DNA of 64,000 bases from the human T2T-CHM13v2.0 reference genome, Homo sapiens. Of this stretch, positions 15,679-29,197 are shown in pieces (the first letter of the stretch is position 1; each line of letters starts with the position of its first letter). Under the pieces are notes generated by a model. The model was not told the DNA's origin, searched no databases, and saw nothing but the letters and a program-made list of their open reading frames with translations. A program made the position numbers and the translations under genes. The stretch lies in NCBI RefSeq assembly GCF_009914755.1, contig NC_060925.1; one strand, 5' to 3'.

Positions 15679-16360
15679 TGCTAGATATTCTACTTAGGCC
15701 ACCCCAAATCTACCCTTGTCCTACTTGTTCTGTACTTTGGAAGGCCAACTTCTAAGGACAGAGTTAAACAGGCTCTCTATTCTGTGTTTATGGTTAGGCT
15801 TTGAGGACAGTGAGAGAACATCAGAGGACAGAACTCACCAAGAGGTAAGGTATCTATTTCCTTAGTCTTTCCTCAGTGAGGTGAAGTTTGACAGTGTCTG
15901 GCATTATTTCCATACTTGAGGGTCTCTTCTATATAGCTGTGGCTCTTTTTGGGTGTGGTACATGTACAAAGAAGAGACAGTGTGAAGACCAGGGTGAAGA
16001 TAGCCATCTACAGGCCAAGGAGCAAAATCCAGAACGGAGCCTTCCTTCATGGCCCTCAAAGGAACCAACTTTGCCCACATTCTGACCTCAGATTTCTGGC
16101 CTCCAGACCCATGAGAAAATAAATGTATTTTGTTGAAGCCATGCAGCATGTGGTACTTTACACTGGAGTGCTAGCAAACCAATAGACAATCTCCTTCTCC
16201 TAGCCCCTTTAGACCTAAGGATGCTAACTGCTTTTTGTCTGTTTTTTTTTCTTTTTTTTTAATATTCACACAAATTTGTAAATATTCTCTTTCTTATGCT
16301 TTCTTCAATTACTCATGTTCAGTGTACCATTTCTTCCTGTAGGTATCTTGACTGAGATAT
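15679..16360 (+). mobile_element. LTR33-like ERVL LTR interrupted by an MLT1 fragment
   Basis: GAGGTAAGGTATCTATTTCC, CCCCTTTAGACCTAAGG, 3' end TTGACTGAGATA. Confidence 0.6.
15951..16188 (+). mobile_element. MLT1A/B-type LTR, 3' half
   Basis: GCCATCTACAGGCCAAGG, TTCTGGCCTCCAGA, AATAAATGTATTTTGTTGAAGCCA. Confidence 0.8.
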
Positions 16361-17639
16361 AAAAATAATTCCAAAACAGAGTTGGTTTTACTCTTCTTTA
16401 GTACTTTTCTTTCTAGTTCCATTTTTTCGTATCTAGGCCCTTCACATTCTCTTTACCTCCCCCACCAAAAAGTAGCTTCTAGGAAAATATCTAAAGTGTA
16501 TGACTCATAGTAGATACTACTTTCAGCATACCAATTATTAAACAATGGCATAAATAACAAATAGCAGTGTCATAGCATTCCAGTTAATCCGTGGTGGAAG
16601 ATGAGTTGGAAAAAGGCTTCTTCCTAGAACCACTGATAATAAAACTCCAATTCTCTCAGCATTTCTCATTTCTCTTTCCTGAATCCTAAAGTACAATAAG
16701 TCAACTCAAAAGCAAGAAAGCAAACAAATAGATAATACAGGCACATAGAAAAGAGATCCAAGTAAATAGACTATAGTCAGGTATGAATGGCTATGAGCAG
16801 AGAGTTAAATAAAAAACACAAGAACAAAACATTTTATGATGCTCTAATATGTAAAAGGCACAACACTAGCTTTCCGAAGAGAAAAGACTTAAGCAGTAAA
16901 TGAAAGAAAATCCCATTTTAAAATTCTTGACATGGATTGTCTGTGTTTTGAAGTTGAGGTATAAATTCTAAAGCTGGATTGTCAGGTTACTTGAAGAAGA
17001 CAAGATAGACAAAAATTGGTTGAAATCCATTTAAGCAATATGAGCAATTGTGTTGGAAGAATACTTCCTATCTTTTGATCAAACAAAAATAGCCTTATTA
17101 CTCTCAAAATAGTATGCTATGGAGTTCTCCAAGGTTTATTTTTGAAAAAGATTTATAAAGAATGAAAGAAGATAAAACTCCATTATGTCTAAGGTCTTTC
17201 AGCTCAAAAATAAGGTGTCATTTTTTAAACTAATGTAGAAAGGTATTGTTGAAACTGAAGATGAGAGAGGCTAATTCTGTATATGGAAGAGTGTTGAACA
17301 ACAACCATAACATACAGTCTGTGCATATTTGAATGTTCTGAGAGAATGTACTGTAACCTAAGCTTACTAAACAGATTTAGTAGAGGGCTCAAAATACCTG
17401 AGCATACATTTACAATAAGAAAGTCCAACTGTAAAATCTTTTTACTTAGAAAAGTTTTCGACATGAATTGGTTACAGTTTCTCCCTCTTTTTAAAAAAAA
17501 ATTGTTTAAGAAATCAAGTATTATTCAAAACAAGAAGTCATAAATTTCTTATAATATTTCTTAAAATAATTTATCCATTTTATTCTTTTGCGGCTTATGG
17601 ATAAACACTATGACCTATTAAATACTCAACTTGAGTGAG

Positions 17640-17990
17640 TGTCTTAGTTCTTTAGGGCTGTTATAACAAATTGCCATAGGCTGGGTGACTTATAAACAAT
17701 AAAAATTTATTTCTCACAGTTCTGGAGGCTGGAAGTCTGAGATCAGGGTGCAAATACGACTGGGTGTTGTGAGGGCTCTGTTCTGGGTTGCAGACTGATA
17801 ATTTCTCCCTGTGCCCTTACATAGAAGAAGGGTCAAGAGTTTTTCTGTCATACCTTTTATAAGGAAATTAATCCCATTAGTGAGCCTTCATGACCTAATG
17901 ATTTCCCAAAGGCTGTATCTCCTAATACCATCACCTTGGAGGTTAAAATTTCAACATAGTATAAGATGACACAAATATTCAGACATAGCA
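17640..17990 (-). mobile_element. MLT1A (A0-like) solo LTR
   Basis: TGTCTTAGTT...TTTATTTCTCACAGTTCTGGAGGCTGGAAGTCTGAGATCAGGGTG...CAGACATAGCA; flanks GTGAG/GAGAG. Confidence 0.88.
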
Positions 17991-18007
17991 GAGAGTAGAT
18001 GATGTTA

Positions 18008-18859
<852 letters not shown>

Positions 18860-19320
18860 TGAATTTTCTTATAGGTAAAGTAAGTGCGTGAAATATGTAT
18901 GTGAGTGTTATGGCTAATGAAGTAAGAAATAATGATGACAAGAGCAGAAAAAGAAATAAAATAGTGATAGAGAAAATCAACAGTTAAAAACAGAAGAAGG
19001 AAGAGAGATACTAGGAGACAAGAGGAGAAGGCAGCCTAGGAGGGTGGGGGAGAACCACAATAAGAGGTAGGAGGTAGAGGAGGAGGAGGTGAGAGAGTAA
19101 GTAGAGGAATGTGCTTTAGGAGATTATATGTGGGTTGTAGAACAGTCAGAGATGGAATATAAAAGTATTCCATAGGTAGTTTAAAGTATTAATTCTCCTT
19201 TATAAATGGGATAGTAGGTAAGCAAGTGTTTATTTTATTATTACAATTTATAACTCATTATTATAGTACATATAATCTTATTTGGCTCTTAAATTACATA
19301 ATAAAAATCTAGTAAAAATC

Positions 19321-19680
19321 AGAGGGTTTCCAGTTCAGGCCATGACTGATCAATGAATATTGAAATTACTCTCCTGTAGTAAACAGGAAAAAATGAAACA
19401 AAATGTATGAAGTAATCGGCGCTAGGCACCAGGCAACACAGGCATGATCAATGGAAGAAGGAAACCTCTGTATTTTCCACTTGCTGCAAATTCACCCTGA
19501 ATTTCTACTCAGAGCTACGGGGAGATGAAGCCCAGATATCAGTGATCTTACTGGGCAGAAAATAAAAGGAAACTGGACTTTCTAGGGTAGTAGGAGCAAG
19601 GGAAAAAAGAGTGCTAGAAATCTGCACAGGGATACCTTGAATGTTGGCCAAATATTCGGCTGTGCCTGTGCATAGAGGTT
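19321..19680 (+). mobile_element. Old L1M 5'-end fragment
   Basis: TTCCAGTTCAGGCCATGAC...GTAAACAGG...ACAAAATGTATGAAG resembles L1MC/MD 5' ends. Confidence 0.5.
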
Positions 19681-19799
19681 TTTATGCTTTTGTGTACAAT
19701 TACATATGTGTGCATAAAATATAACTTTGAAAAAGAAATGTAAAAAATGTTTTTTTCAAAAAACTTTACATTTTACAAAGATATAGTAATAAAAATGAA

Positions 19800-20052
19800 A
19801 TAAAATATTGATTTATTAGTGGGAAAAGCAATGTTTAGAAATAAAGTTCTCTCCACAGTAATCTGTAAATCCAATTAAGTCCTCATTAATATCTTAGAAA
19901 GTTTTTTTTTTAATTTGACAAACTAATTCTAAATTTTATTAGAAGGCTAAATACATCTAAAAATATAAGAACTTTTTTGGGTCAAAGTAATGTTGGAGTG
20001 GCTTGTACTACTAGAATATCAAAACATGCTACAATATTGTAACAATTAAAAT
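19800..20052 (+). mobile_element. Old L1M ORF2 fragment
   Basis: TTGACAAACTAATTCTAAATTTTAT, ATATCAAAACATGCTACAA. Confidence 0.6.
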
Positions 20053-20056
20053 ATTA

Positions 20057-20250
20057 GCCAGGCACAGTGGTGTGCACCTGTAACCCAGTTAGTGGGGAGG
20101 CTGAGCAGGAAAGATCACTGGAGCCCAGGAGTTCAAGGCTATAGAGTCGTATGATCTTGTGATCATACATGTGAATAGCCACTGCACTTCACTCTGGGCA
20201 ACATAGTGAGAAACCTGTCTCTAAATAAATAAAATAAAATAAAAATAATA
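20057..20250 (+). mobile_element. FAM (fossil Alu monomer, 7SL-derived)
   Basis: Single monomer retaining GTGAATAGCCACTGCACT and GGGCAACATAGTGAGA; (TAAAA)n tail. Confidence 0.88.
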
Positions 20251-20809
20251 CACAATGGAAATAAGTCACTGATTGTTGATAGTATGGGATTGAGAATCGA
20301 AAATGATTTTGAAACTTTAGTTGAATAATTAAGGTAACATTAATTGCAGTATACTAATATAGCAATACATCAGTACATATTTATTACATCTTTACTATGT
20401 GATATACATTGAAATAGTGCTATTTCAGAAAAAAAGTTACTTTCCAAAGGAGCTCAAAGAGCATAGAGACACAGCTACACAATTTTCAAGACTATTTTCT
20501 GAATTCCAGGTAAACACATTTTCACTTTTAAAAATTAGATTATCCAACTCTCTGGGTAATCATTATCATTTAACAGTCATTGCTTACTGAATCCAGTATT
20601 TATTTCCTTAGGAACATGCTTTTTCTATGTGAAAACCCTGACTCCTTGGCCATTCTTGGCCTCAGGAATTCATATTCTATCTTCCTCCTTTCTGTTTTCT
20701 TCACCCTTCCTGGTTATTTCTACACATTCACTGAAAGTCTATCTTGTTTGCAGTTGGGGAAGTCGCCTAGAGATATTACTTGGAATGTAACATGAGGTTA
20801 AATCAAGTT

Positions 20810-20975
20810 CACCATAGGTGGTTTTGTAGTTTTATTCTGCACAAAATGCGAGAGCTACTGTAATAAATAGGGGCTGAAGTTCAGCCCAAGTCCCAGTCCA
20901 AGCCTTGCTACAGGACAGTGTGTGTGTCCAGAAGGGAGACACGTTCTCTTTACACAAATACCCAATCTAGCAAAA
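20810..20975 (+). mobile_element. MER91-like hAT MITE
   Basis: CTGCACAAAA...GGGGCTGAAGTTCAGCCC...CCAAGCC...CACAAA. Confidence 0.55.
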
Positions 20976-21454
20976 TCACGTTCTTGAGTTCAAATACAGC
21001 CAGACTGGTGATTCCAGATCGTGGATCAAAGAAGAAATATAAATTGACAGTGCAGATTTTTTAGAGGTCAATTAAAAATATGAAAATCCATGATAATCAG
21101 CTATAGCAGTGATTAAAGAAAATGGCATAACCATAAAAACTTACGTATATAAAAACTTATTAAAGTTTAAAATTCAAAAATTAAGAAAAAGAAGAACAAT
21201 GCTAGCCAAAGTAAATAAGAAGGAAGCAACTAATAACAATGAAAAACATTAATGAGAATGAAAACAGAGATACCTTAGCCTCCATCAAAAAAAAAAAAAA
21301 GCTGATTTTTCAGAAGAAAAAAGAGAAGGGATAAAGTACTGCTTAGCCAAATTAGGAAGAAAGGAAGAATGTGAAGCTGTGCAAAATAAGAAATGGCAAA
21401 GGCCAAATATCATCAAAAGCGGGTTTCTTTTCAATCTTGTCATAAGGGAAATGT

Positions 21455-22090
21455 TTTTTCCCAACTTTTTATTTGAAAAATTTTAAAGCAACAGAAGAAA
21501 GAAGAGTACATTAAAAACTCACATACATTTCTCCTAAATTCACCAGTGGATTATAATATCACATATGTTGTTACTCTTTCATATGTTAACCTATACATAT
21601 TTTTAATGTAATTAATACTTACCACAACTCTTCACTTTCTAAAAAGTTCAGCATATATTGCCTAAGAAAACAAATCTTACTGTATTAATATAATCATATA
21701 CCAAAAATTTCACTTTGATTCAATATATTCAATTTACCTGATTGCATTTTAATTGTTCTTTACAGAATTTTGCTCTTATTGCTTTGTTTGTTTCTCGTTC
21801 TAGAACCAAATGAACATTCGTACATTGAATTTGGTGGTCAGTCATGTCCATTTCATTTCCTTTATTAAAGAACAGTGGTTCTTTCTATACATGTTTGATG
21901 TATAATTTTATGAGTGCCTTTCATTGATATTGGCATTTTTGAGGAACCCAGACAAGTTTTCTTGTGAAATGTCTTATTATTATTGCACACTGTTTTCTCA
22001 TGGATAGCTTTGGTTAAATGCTTTTGGAAAGCATCAGAAGATACATATCATTTTATTTGTAGTAATTCTAAGTTTGGTCACTTATTTAAT
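21455..22090 (-). mobile_element. L1MC4/5-like 3' end
   Basis: AACTTTTTATTTGAAAAATTTTAAA, TTCAGCATATATTGCCTAAGAA, CATTGAATTTGGTGGTCA. Confidence 0.65.
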
Positions 22091-22943
22091 AAAGGTTAAG
22101 AGTCTATTTCGAACAACTCCATGAAAATATTAAAAAAAAACCCTAAATGAAATGCATATGTACTAGAAAAAAGCATATAGAAATAGAATTTAATCGATCG
22201 CATTGAAGATCACTAAGTCGACTGATTAGCATGGGATAAATATAGAAACTTTTCAAAGGGCTGCTCCTAAAACTACTAGTCAAGTTTCCTATGAAAATTT
22301 TGCTAAATCTTTAAAAAGCATAAAATGCTAGTGCTTTTCTATTGCTCTAGAATATAGAAAATAAAGGAAATCCTCTAAAGTTTTTAAAATTGATACACAC
22401 ATACACATGCAACTAGTGACCAATTTCAATCTATATTTTGCAGAAATGCTAAAACATTAACACATAACATTCAAAAATATTTTTTAAAATATGCTCAAGT
22501 GAGATTGATTCTAGGAACCTAAAAATATGTTAATAGTATAAAATGTATCGTTATATGATCCATCATTTAATAAATGCATTGGTATGAATTATATGGCTAT
22601 TTTGTAGATGAGAATAGTACGTATAATTCCACACTTTTTTACCAAAGCCTGAATAAAACAGATTTTATATATTCTTCCCTAAAATAGAATATATCTTTCC
22701 TCTTGCTAACTATCTGCCCCAAACCCAGTATCCAACTTAATGTGATTATATTAGAGGCAGTTTTGTAATATCAGGATCAAAAATGATGCCCACTATTACT
22801 ACAATTATTTAATATTTTACTGTCACATTTAGCCAGTGCAGTTGGACAAGACTAAGAAACTAGATGTGTGAATATAATTTAGAGGAAGAGGAAAAACTAT
22901 TTCTACTTGCAAAGTAGAACATGTGATACCCAGGAGGTCACAG

Positions 22944-23463
22944 TGTGGTAGGCTAAATTATGACCCCCATATAGGTCCACAGCCTGATCATTGGAATGTC
23001 TGAATATGGGACCTTTGCCTGGCAAAAGAACTTTGCAGATGTAATTGAATTAAGGCTTTTGGGATGAGGAGATCATCTTAGATAATCTGGATGTGTTTCC
23101 TGTAATCACAAGGCTCCTTATCAGAGGGACGCAGGAAGAGTCCGTCAGATAGAAGGTGATATAACAAGGAAGCAGAAGGCTAGAGAGAAAGAAATTTGAA
23201 GATGCTTTACTGCTGGCTTGAAGATGGACAAAGGGAGCAATGAGCCAAAGGACAAGCAAGGCCTGTAGAAGCTAAAATAGGTAAGAAATCAGATTTTTCC
23301 CTAGAGCCTCCAGAAGGAGCCAGTCCTGTCAATACCTTGACTTTAGTCCAATAAAATTGATTTCAAACTTCTTGCCACTAGAACTATAATAGCATACATT
23401 TGTGGTAGTTTAAGCCACTACTTTTATGGCAATTTGTTACAGTCTTAAGAGGAAACTAATATA
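22944..23463 (+). mobile_element. MLT1D solo LTR
   Basis: TGTGGTAGGCTAAATTATG start, GGCAAAAGAACTTTGCAGATG, CCCTAGAGCCTCCAGAAGG, GGAAACTAATATA end. Confidence 0.9.
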
Positions 23464-25810
23464 GAAACAACCTACCAAGAAACTTCTATAACAATATACC
23501 ATCCTTAAAAGTAACAGAATACAAAATTAACCTCAGAAATAGGTAGTTTTCATGCATGCAAACTATATCCAGACAGAAGGCATGTTAAAAATGAAAGCAC
23601 TATTTCCTGTAACACCACAAAAGAGAAAATACATAGAGGTAGAAATTGTAAACACCGTGCAAAACCTCTATGAGGAAGTCTTTAAAACACTACTTGAGAG
23701 CTCCTAAGTAGACTTAAAACAAATAGAAGTTTGGGAAGGTGTTCCTTTAGGGAGCAGGGGTGCATGTGTGGGTTCTTTAGAGAATGCTCTGGCGATCCGA
23801 TTAATTCTCAGGCACTTTCTGTGGTGTGCACTGGACTTGTATGGGAACATATTCTTACCATGTCCCTGGGGGGAATACACAATGCCCACCTGGCCTTCTC
23901 TCTCTTTCTGCTCCACCATAACTTTTTCTGATACATTTTTCATGTTTTGACAGTTCCAGGCACTTGAACAACCACATCCACTGACTCAGGAATTCTAATA
24001 CTGGAAATTATCACAGCATGTGAATGTGTGGGGATATGTGTGTGTGTGTGTTGGGGGTGAGTGTTGTGTTGGTTCTGCCCAAATGATACATCTCAGTAAG
24101 TCCTGTGGGGTAGGAGCTGTGCCCAAGGCTAATAATTCACTAGACACAGAATGCATTACTTAATTCCTTTTGTTTTCAGCTGTGAATTCTAGTTGTAAAT
24201 TTTGGGAACCAAAATGATATCACCATTGCCTTAAACCATTACCACACACATACACATACAAACATACACAAATACAACCCTAATAAACATTTATCAAAAT
24301 TTTATATAAGGAAACAAGCTTGGAGACGTTATGTAAGTTTTTCAAGGTAAAATATTCAACACATGACAGGGTTAGAATTTAGCTCCAGTCTATCAGAAGC
24401 AAAAGCTCATGTTACACTCCTCAAACCATGATACCTCCACTTACTATGTCCTTCCCAAATGATATCAATATGAAATAATAGTTTTAATATTTTTAATACC
24501 ATTCTATTTTTGCTATCATACCATGTTGAAAAATTCATGTTTTTTCTTACTTTCATTGTGCTTTTGTTCTTTTTTCATCTATCATGTTCCTTTTTAGGCT
24601 CTTAGAACTTCATGCTTGAAGAGAGAGCTCAAGAGATCATATATAACAAAAAGGGGTGGAGGGAGTGAGAATGAGCTCTCTTAAATATTCCACTATTAGG
24701 AAGCTCTGATTTTCATGATTTTAGGAGAGATTTTAAAAATGGAAGGAAAAAGAATGAAAGAAAATTCAGAGAAAAATGTGGACTTAGATAAAAGGTAGAA
24801 TAAGATTATAGAACCAAGAGAGGAAGAAAGAATTTCATGAAAGTAAAGATAATCAATGCTGCCTAAAGATACATTAAGGTCAAACAGATTGAAGGCACAA
24901 ATATAGTTGTAATAACAATGTGAGGTATCTTGAGTCAATAATGTTATCTACATTTTCTCTATTGATTCTAGAATACCTTCCAAGTCCATTTTGCCAACTA
25001 CCTTCTGTATATTTTGTGTACTTTGTTACTAAGATTTCCTGCAAAATCATTTAAAGTTTTCTCAAGGGCGACGTTATGCTTAATTGCGTTCGTAATAGAG
25101 ACACTGAAAAATAAACAAGTTGAAGTTGTTAAGATCTCATTAAAAAGTTCATTTTTTTACCAGTTGTTGAATTTTGTGATACCAATTTTCTAAAACATTT
25201 ATATTATGATTTATACTCATAAGATTTTGCTGTTAGAGATACACCAAATTATAAAGAGAAGAGTTAATCTTCATAACCTTGTGAATAAATGCATATGACA
25301 GTTTGAAAGTTAGATTTCTTAAGATTATATAGTATCCTCATTGATTGTTACAGTGTTTTGCAGAAGGAATAGAGAGAGTATTACCATTCCACATTCTCTG
25401 GAGTATCTAAAGGTCATTATCTTCCAATGTTAAAGTAGCTTATTTTAAGTCTTAATTCATGAATGTTGTCTGCTGAGAGTAAGGCTGTTCAGGACTAAGT
25501 TACAAGACATGAATATATGAGTTGCTGAGTGGGTAAAGAGGGCAAGATATAAATTCAGGTTCACTAAAATTTGTTTGAGCAGTGAAAATACTAGCTTTGC
25601 TGTAGAAAACTAAATGCATTTTTTTTCTACATAAACTGATAAGCTTCCTTTTTGGTGATATAACAACTCTTTGAACCAGATGGCACACTTTTTGCTGAGC
25701 ATGTTCTAAGGTCTTGCCTAAGTTGCAGAACAAAAGAGAACAAATTGTGGGAAGATTTAAATAGTAAAAAATTCCAAAGTTTCTTTTGGTTTGATTAAAA
25801 TAATATGTTA

Positions 25811-25950
25811 AAGCTGGGCATGGTAGCTTATGCCTGTAATCCCAACACTTAGGGAGGCTGAAGCAGGAGGATCTCTTAAGCCCGGGAGTTCAAGACCAGC
25901 CTGGGCAACATAACAAGACCTCATCTCTATTTAAAAAAATAAAAATAAAA
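25811..25950 (+). mobile_element. FLAM (free left Alu monomer)
   Basis: Single left monomer ending GGGCAACATAACAAGACCTCATCTCTA plus A-rich tail. Confidence 0.88.
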
Positions 25951-25989
25951 TATACAATGATTTTGCTTCAAGTAAAATGTATTCCTTTT

Positions 25990-26600
25990 GTTTTATATCT
26001 TTATTGAGGTATACTTCACACACTATAAAATTACCCATTTAAATCTGTAGAAGTCAGTGGTTGGGGATATATTCACAGGGTTGTGCAACCATCACAAGTA
26101 AGTTCAGAAGGTTTGAATTTCCCCACAAAGAAGCTCTATGCCTATTAGAAGTCACTCATTACCCACTTCCCACCATTATAGGCAATCTCTTATCTACTTT
26201 CTGTATCTATACATTTGTTTATTCTGGACATTCCATATAAATGGAATCAGATAATGTATGGTCTTCAGTGACCTGAGTTTTCACTCAGCATAATGTTTTC
26301 AAGGATCATGCTGTAGCTTGTATCGGCACTTTATTCCTTTTTAATGCCTAATAATATTCATCGTGTGGTATACTACATTTTGTTTATCTCTTCATGAGTT
26401 GATGGAGATTTGGATTGTTTCCATTCTTTTGGCTATGATGAATAATGCTGTTGTGAAGAGCTTCTGTACACATTTTTGTGTAAATATATGTTTTCATTTT
26501 TCTTGAATATAGACCAGAAAGTGGAATTGTTAGGTCATATGGTTATCCTATATTTAACATTTTGAGGAACTGCCCAACTGTGTTTCAATGTGACTGTGCT
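25990..26600 (-). mobile_element. L1MB (MB7/8-like) 3' end
   Basis: CTTTATTGAGGTATA, TTGTGCAACCATCAC, CTGGACATTCCATATAAATGGAATCA, TTTGAGGAACTGCC. Confidence 0.88.
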
Positions 26601-26704
26601 GGAAAACAAAACAAAAAAAAAGCCCGGCACTTCTGATAGTCTAAAAATAATTCTGCAGTCTACAAGATAAGTCAGCAGAGTTTATTGGAAATTAAATAGG
26701 GAAA

Positions 26705-26810
26705 GGGAAGAATCTGGATCTAGTCCCAGCTCTGCCACTAATTAGTTGTTTGACCTTAAGCAACTCATTTACATTCTCCAAGTCCAAGTTTCTTCATTTG
26801 TAAAATGAGT
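26705..26810 (+). mobile_element. MIR core
   Basis: TCCCAGCTCTGCCACT...TGACCTTAAGCAA...AGTTTCTTCATTTGTAAAATG. Confidence 0.8.
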
Positions 26811-27247
26811 GTGTGTTTCTTCAAACAAGCACAACTCTTGAATACAATTATAGCTACTTTACTTGGGTTTTCCATTGTCTCTTTAAAACTGCTTTGAGAC
26901 CTAATTTTTTCCTTGCTGAATGAAACACTTTAGCAAAGCCCATGACATTTCTGACTCCTATTAGGCATTATGAAGGCTTCTGGTTACTTGAAGTCACAAA
27001 ACATAGTCTTAATTGAGTAACAAAATTGCCCATTGTCACATGTAATAAAAACTCTGAACCTAATGTTAATTAGAGGCTTCCTCAAGACCTGGCTTAAATC
27101 AGGAATGCTACTGTTAGTGACCCCTCAAGAGTTGGCGTGTCAAAGCCATAAGAGGAAGAGGAGCAGAAAGACTTTGTCATGGACAGTGTAGATGGTCTGG
27201 CTTGGACACACTCTGGACTTGGCAGAAGTTTTAGATGATTTTATTTC

Positions 27248-27715
27248 TGTACTAGCTTGCTAAGGCTGCTGCAATGAAATACCACAAACTGGTAGCTTAA
27301 ACCACAGAAATTTGTTCTCTCACAATTCAAGAGGTTAGAAGTCAGAGATCAAAGTGCAGAACTGGTTTCTTCACAGGCACTGAGAGGGAGAATCTGTTGG
27401 CTTCTCTCCAAGGTTCTGTTGGGTTTTTTGGTGATCATTGGTGTTCCTTGGCGTATAGACATATCATTATAATCTCTGCCTGTGAAGACCTTCAACTTCA
27501 CCTGGCATTCTAGCGTGTGAGTCTCTGTGTCTAAATTTCCTCTTTTTTGTAAGCACACCAGTCATACTGGATTGGAACACTCAGTGGCCTCATTTTAATT
27601 TGATCATGTCTGTAAAGACCCTATTTCCAAATGAGAACACATTCTGAGGTACTAGGAGTTAAAATTCCAGTAGATTTTTTTCTTGGAGGTGGGGGACACA
27701 ATTCAACCCATAACA
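27248..27715 (-). mobile_element. MLT1C-like solo LTR
   Basis: AATACCACAAACTGG, AAAGACCCTATTTCCAAAT, GGGGACACAATTCAACCCATAACA. Confidence 0.88.
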
Positions 27716-27719
27716 ACTC

Positions 27720-28148
27720 CAAAATAATCTCTCTTCCTTGGGATCGTACTATTCATCTGTAACCCTTGCCTGTGACTTCCTAGTGCCACCCAAGAGGCAC
27801 CTCCACCCAATGGCTTTGGGCTTGGCCACACAGTTTACTTTGAACATTGGAAAGGGAAGATGTGGAAGTTCTCAGTGGATGCTTAACAGAGCATGTGTGC
27901 CACAGCTCACCCGCTCAAGGGTCTATTGTCTGCTATGAGGACAGCACACCCTCAAGATTTCTTCTCTTCCAATCTGGATTCTGGAATGAAAAGACACGTG
28001 GATAGTAGACCTTCTGAAATCTTAGAGCTGATCAAAGCTGAAGTTAAAGTACTGTATACCCATCATATAACAAGATCAAGACATACATTTTCTTATTATA
28101 AACCATTGAGATTTGGGAGCTGTTTGTTGCCATGGCAAAAGTGACATA
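27720..28148 (+). mobile_element. Old MLT1 (H-like) LTR
   Basis: CTTTGGGCTTGGCCAC; 3' end AAACCATTGAGATTTGGGAGCTGTTTGTT. Confidence 0.6.
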
Positions 28149-28795
28149 GAGGGCTTTTATTTGTTTTTGGTGACACCTCATCCCTGAGACCTTTCACTTG
28201 TTTCACCTGATTCAAGTGATGCATCGCTAGCTTGTTGTTGACAATGAGTTCTTATTGATTTGGTTATATCACTAGTCTCCATTCCAGGTCTGATCACTGC
28301 ATCAGGCAGTCATCTTTGATGGACAGTGTCAAAGATGACAGGAATATTCCCTGACACTGGCATCCTACTCTTTCTGGCCTACCCTTAGTCCAAGGAAAAT
28401 GCCCACACATTCTTTGCTAGGACAGACTTTGGAAGTCTTCAAAGCAGCCAGTTCCTTCTTGACTCATCCATGAGCAGGGAGCCAGCCCCGTCCTTGCTCT
28501 CCAGGTGTTTTAGGTAAGAATCAGGCACTAGACTACTAGATGTCCCCAAACTTTGTGAAATACATGTTAAATGGGCCAGTGTTTTGCATGTTGTCCACAA
28601 GTCTGTGGCAGTCAGGTATGTTGCTCAAATCTTCAGGCTAACCTACTGTGAGGAGCATAGCTGACTGACAGTCCCTTCTGCTGCCTCTTCAATTACAATG
28701 TTTGCATCAAGGCTGCACTTACTCTGGTTGCTCTCACGTAATGACTAAGGTACTACTGCTAGTCCATTTCTACCTGATAGGGATTACCTGTAATT

Positions 28796-28975
28796 AGGGT
28801 AGCCAGATAAAATGCAGGATACCAATTAATTTTGACTATAGGTCAACAGTAAGTAATTTTTTTGTGTAAGTATACATACAATATTTGGGGAATCCTTCTA
28901 CTAAAAATTATTTTTTGTTGATTTCAAAATCAAATTGAACTGGTTATCCTATATAATTATTTTCTAAAACTACCT
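28796..28975 (+). mobile_element. MER53 hAT MITE
   Basis: TAGGGTAGCCAGATAAAATGCAGGATACC...AAATTGAACTGGTTATCCTATAT with decayed terminal inverted repeats. Confidence 0.75.
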
Positions 28976-29197
28976 ATAATGACAATGGTTGCTTGAGTGC
29001 ATCCCACCATCCTTGCTGAAAATTACTAGAAATGCACTAGTGTGAGGCTCTTCTGTCCAACCCTTCTTTACCTCCACTGTTTTACAAATGTCAGACCTGC
29101 ACGATGGCTTGAATATTTGCTCTGCCAATTCCTGCTTGTTTTCCCTTATCCTTGGCTGGCATTTTCCCCAAAAAAACTCTTGTACCTCTAAGCCCAT

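Larger units (their letters stand above)
21130..23740 (+). mobile_element. Highly decayed L1M ORF2 region, interrupted by an L1MC fragment and an MLT1D LTR
   Basis: A-rich ORF2-like pieces: GACCAATTTCAA, AAGTGAGATTGATTCTAGG, TGCCCACTATTACTAC, TGCAAAACCTCTATGAGGAA. Confidence 0.55.

Noticed and set aside
25672-25690. CTCF-like ACCAGATGGCAC
   Set aside because: The 5' CC of the core motif is missing; too weak without ChIP data
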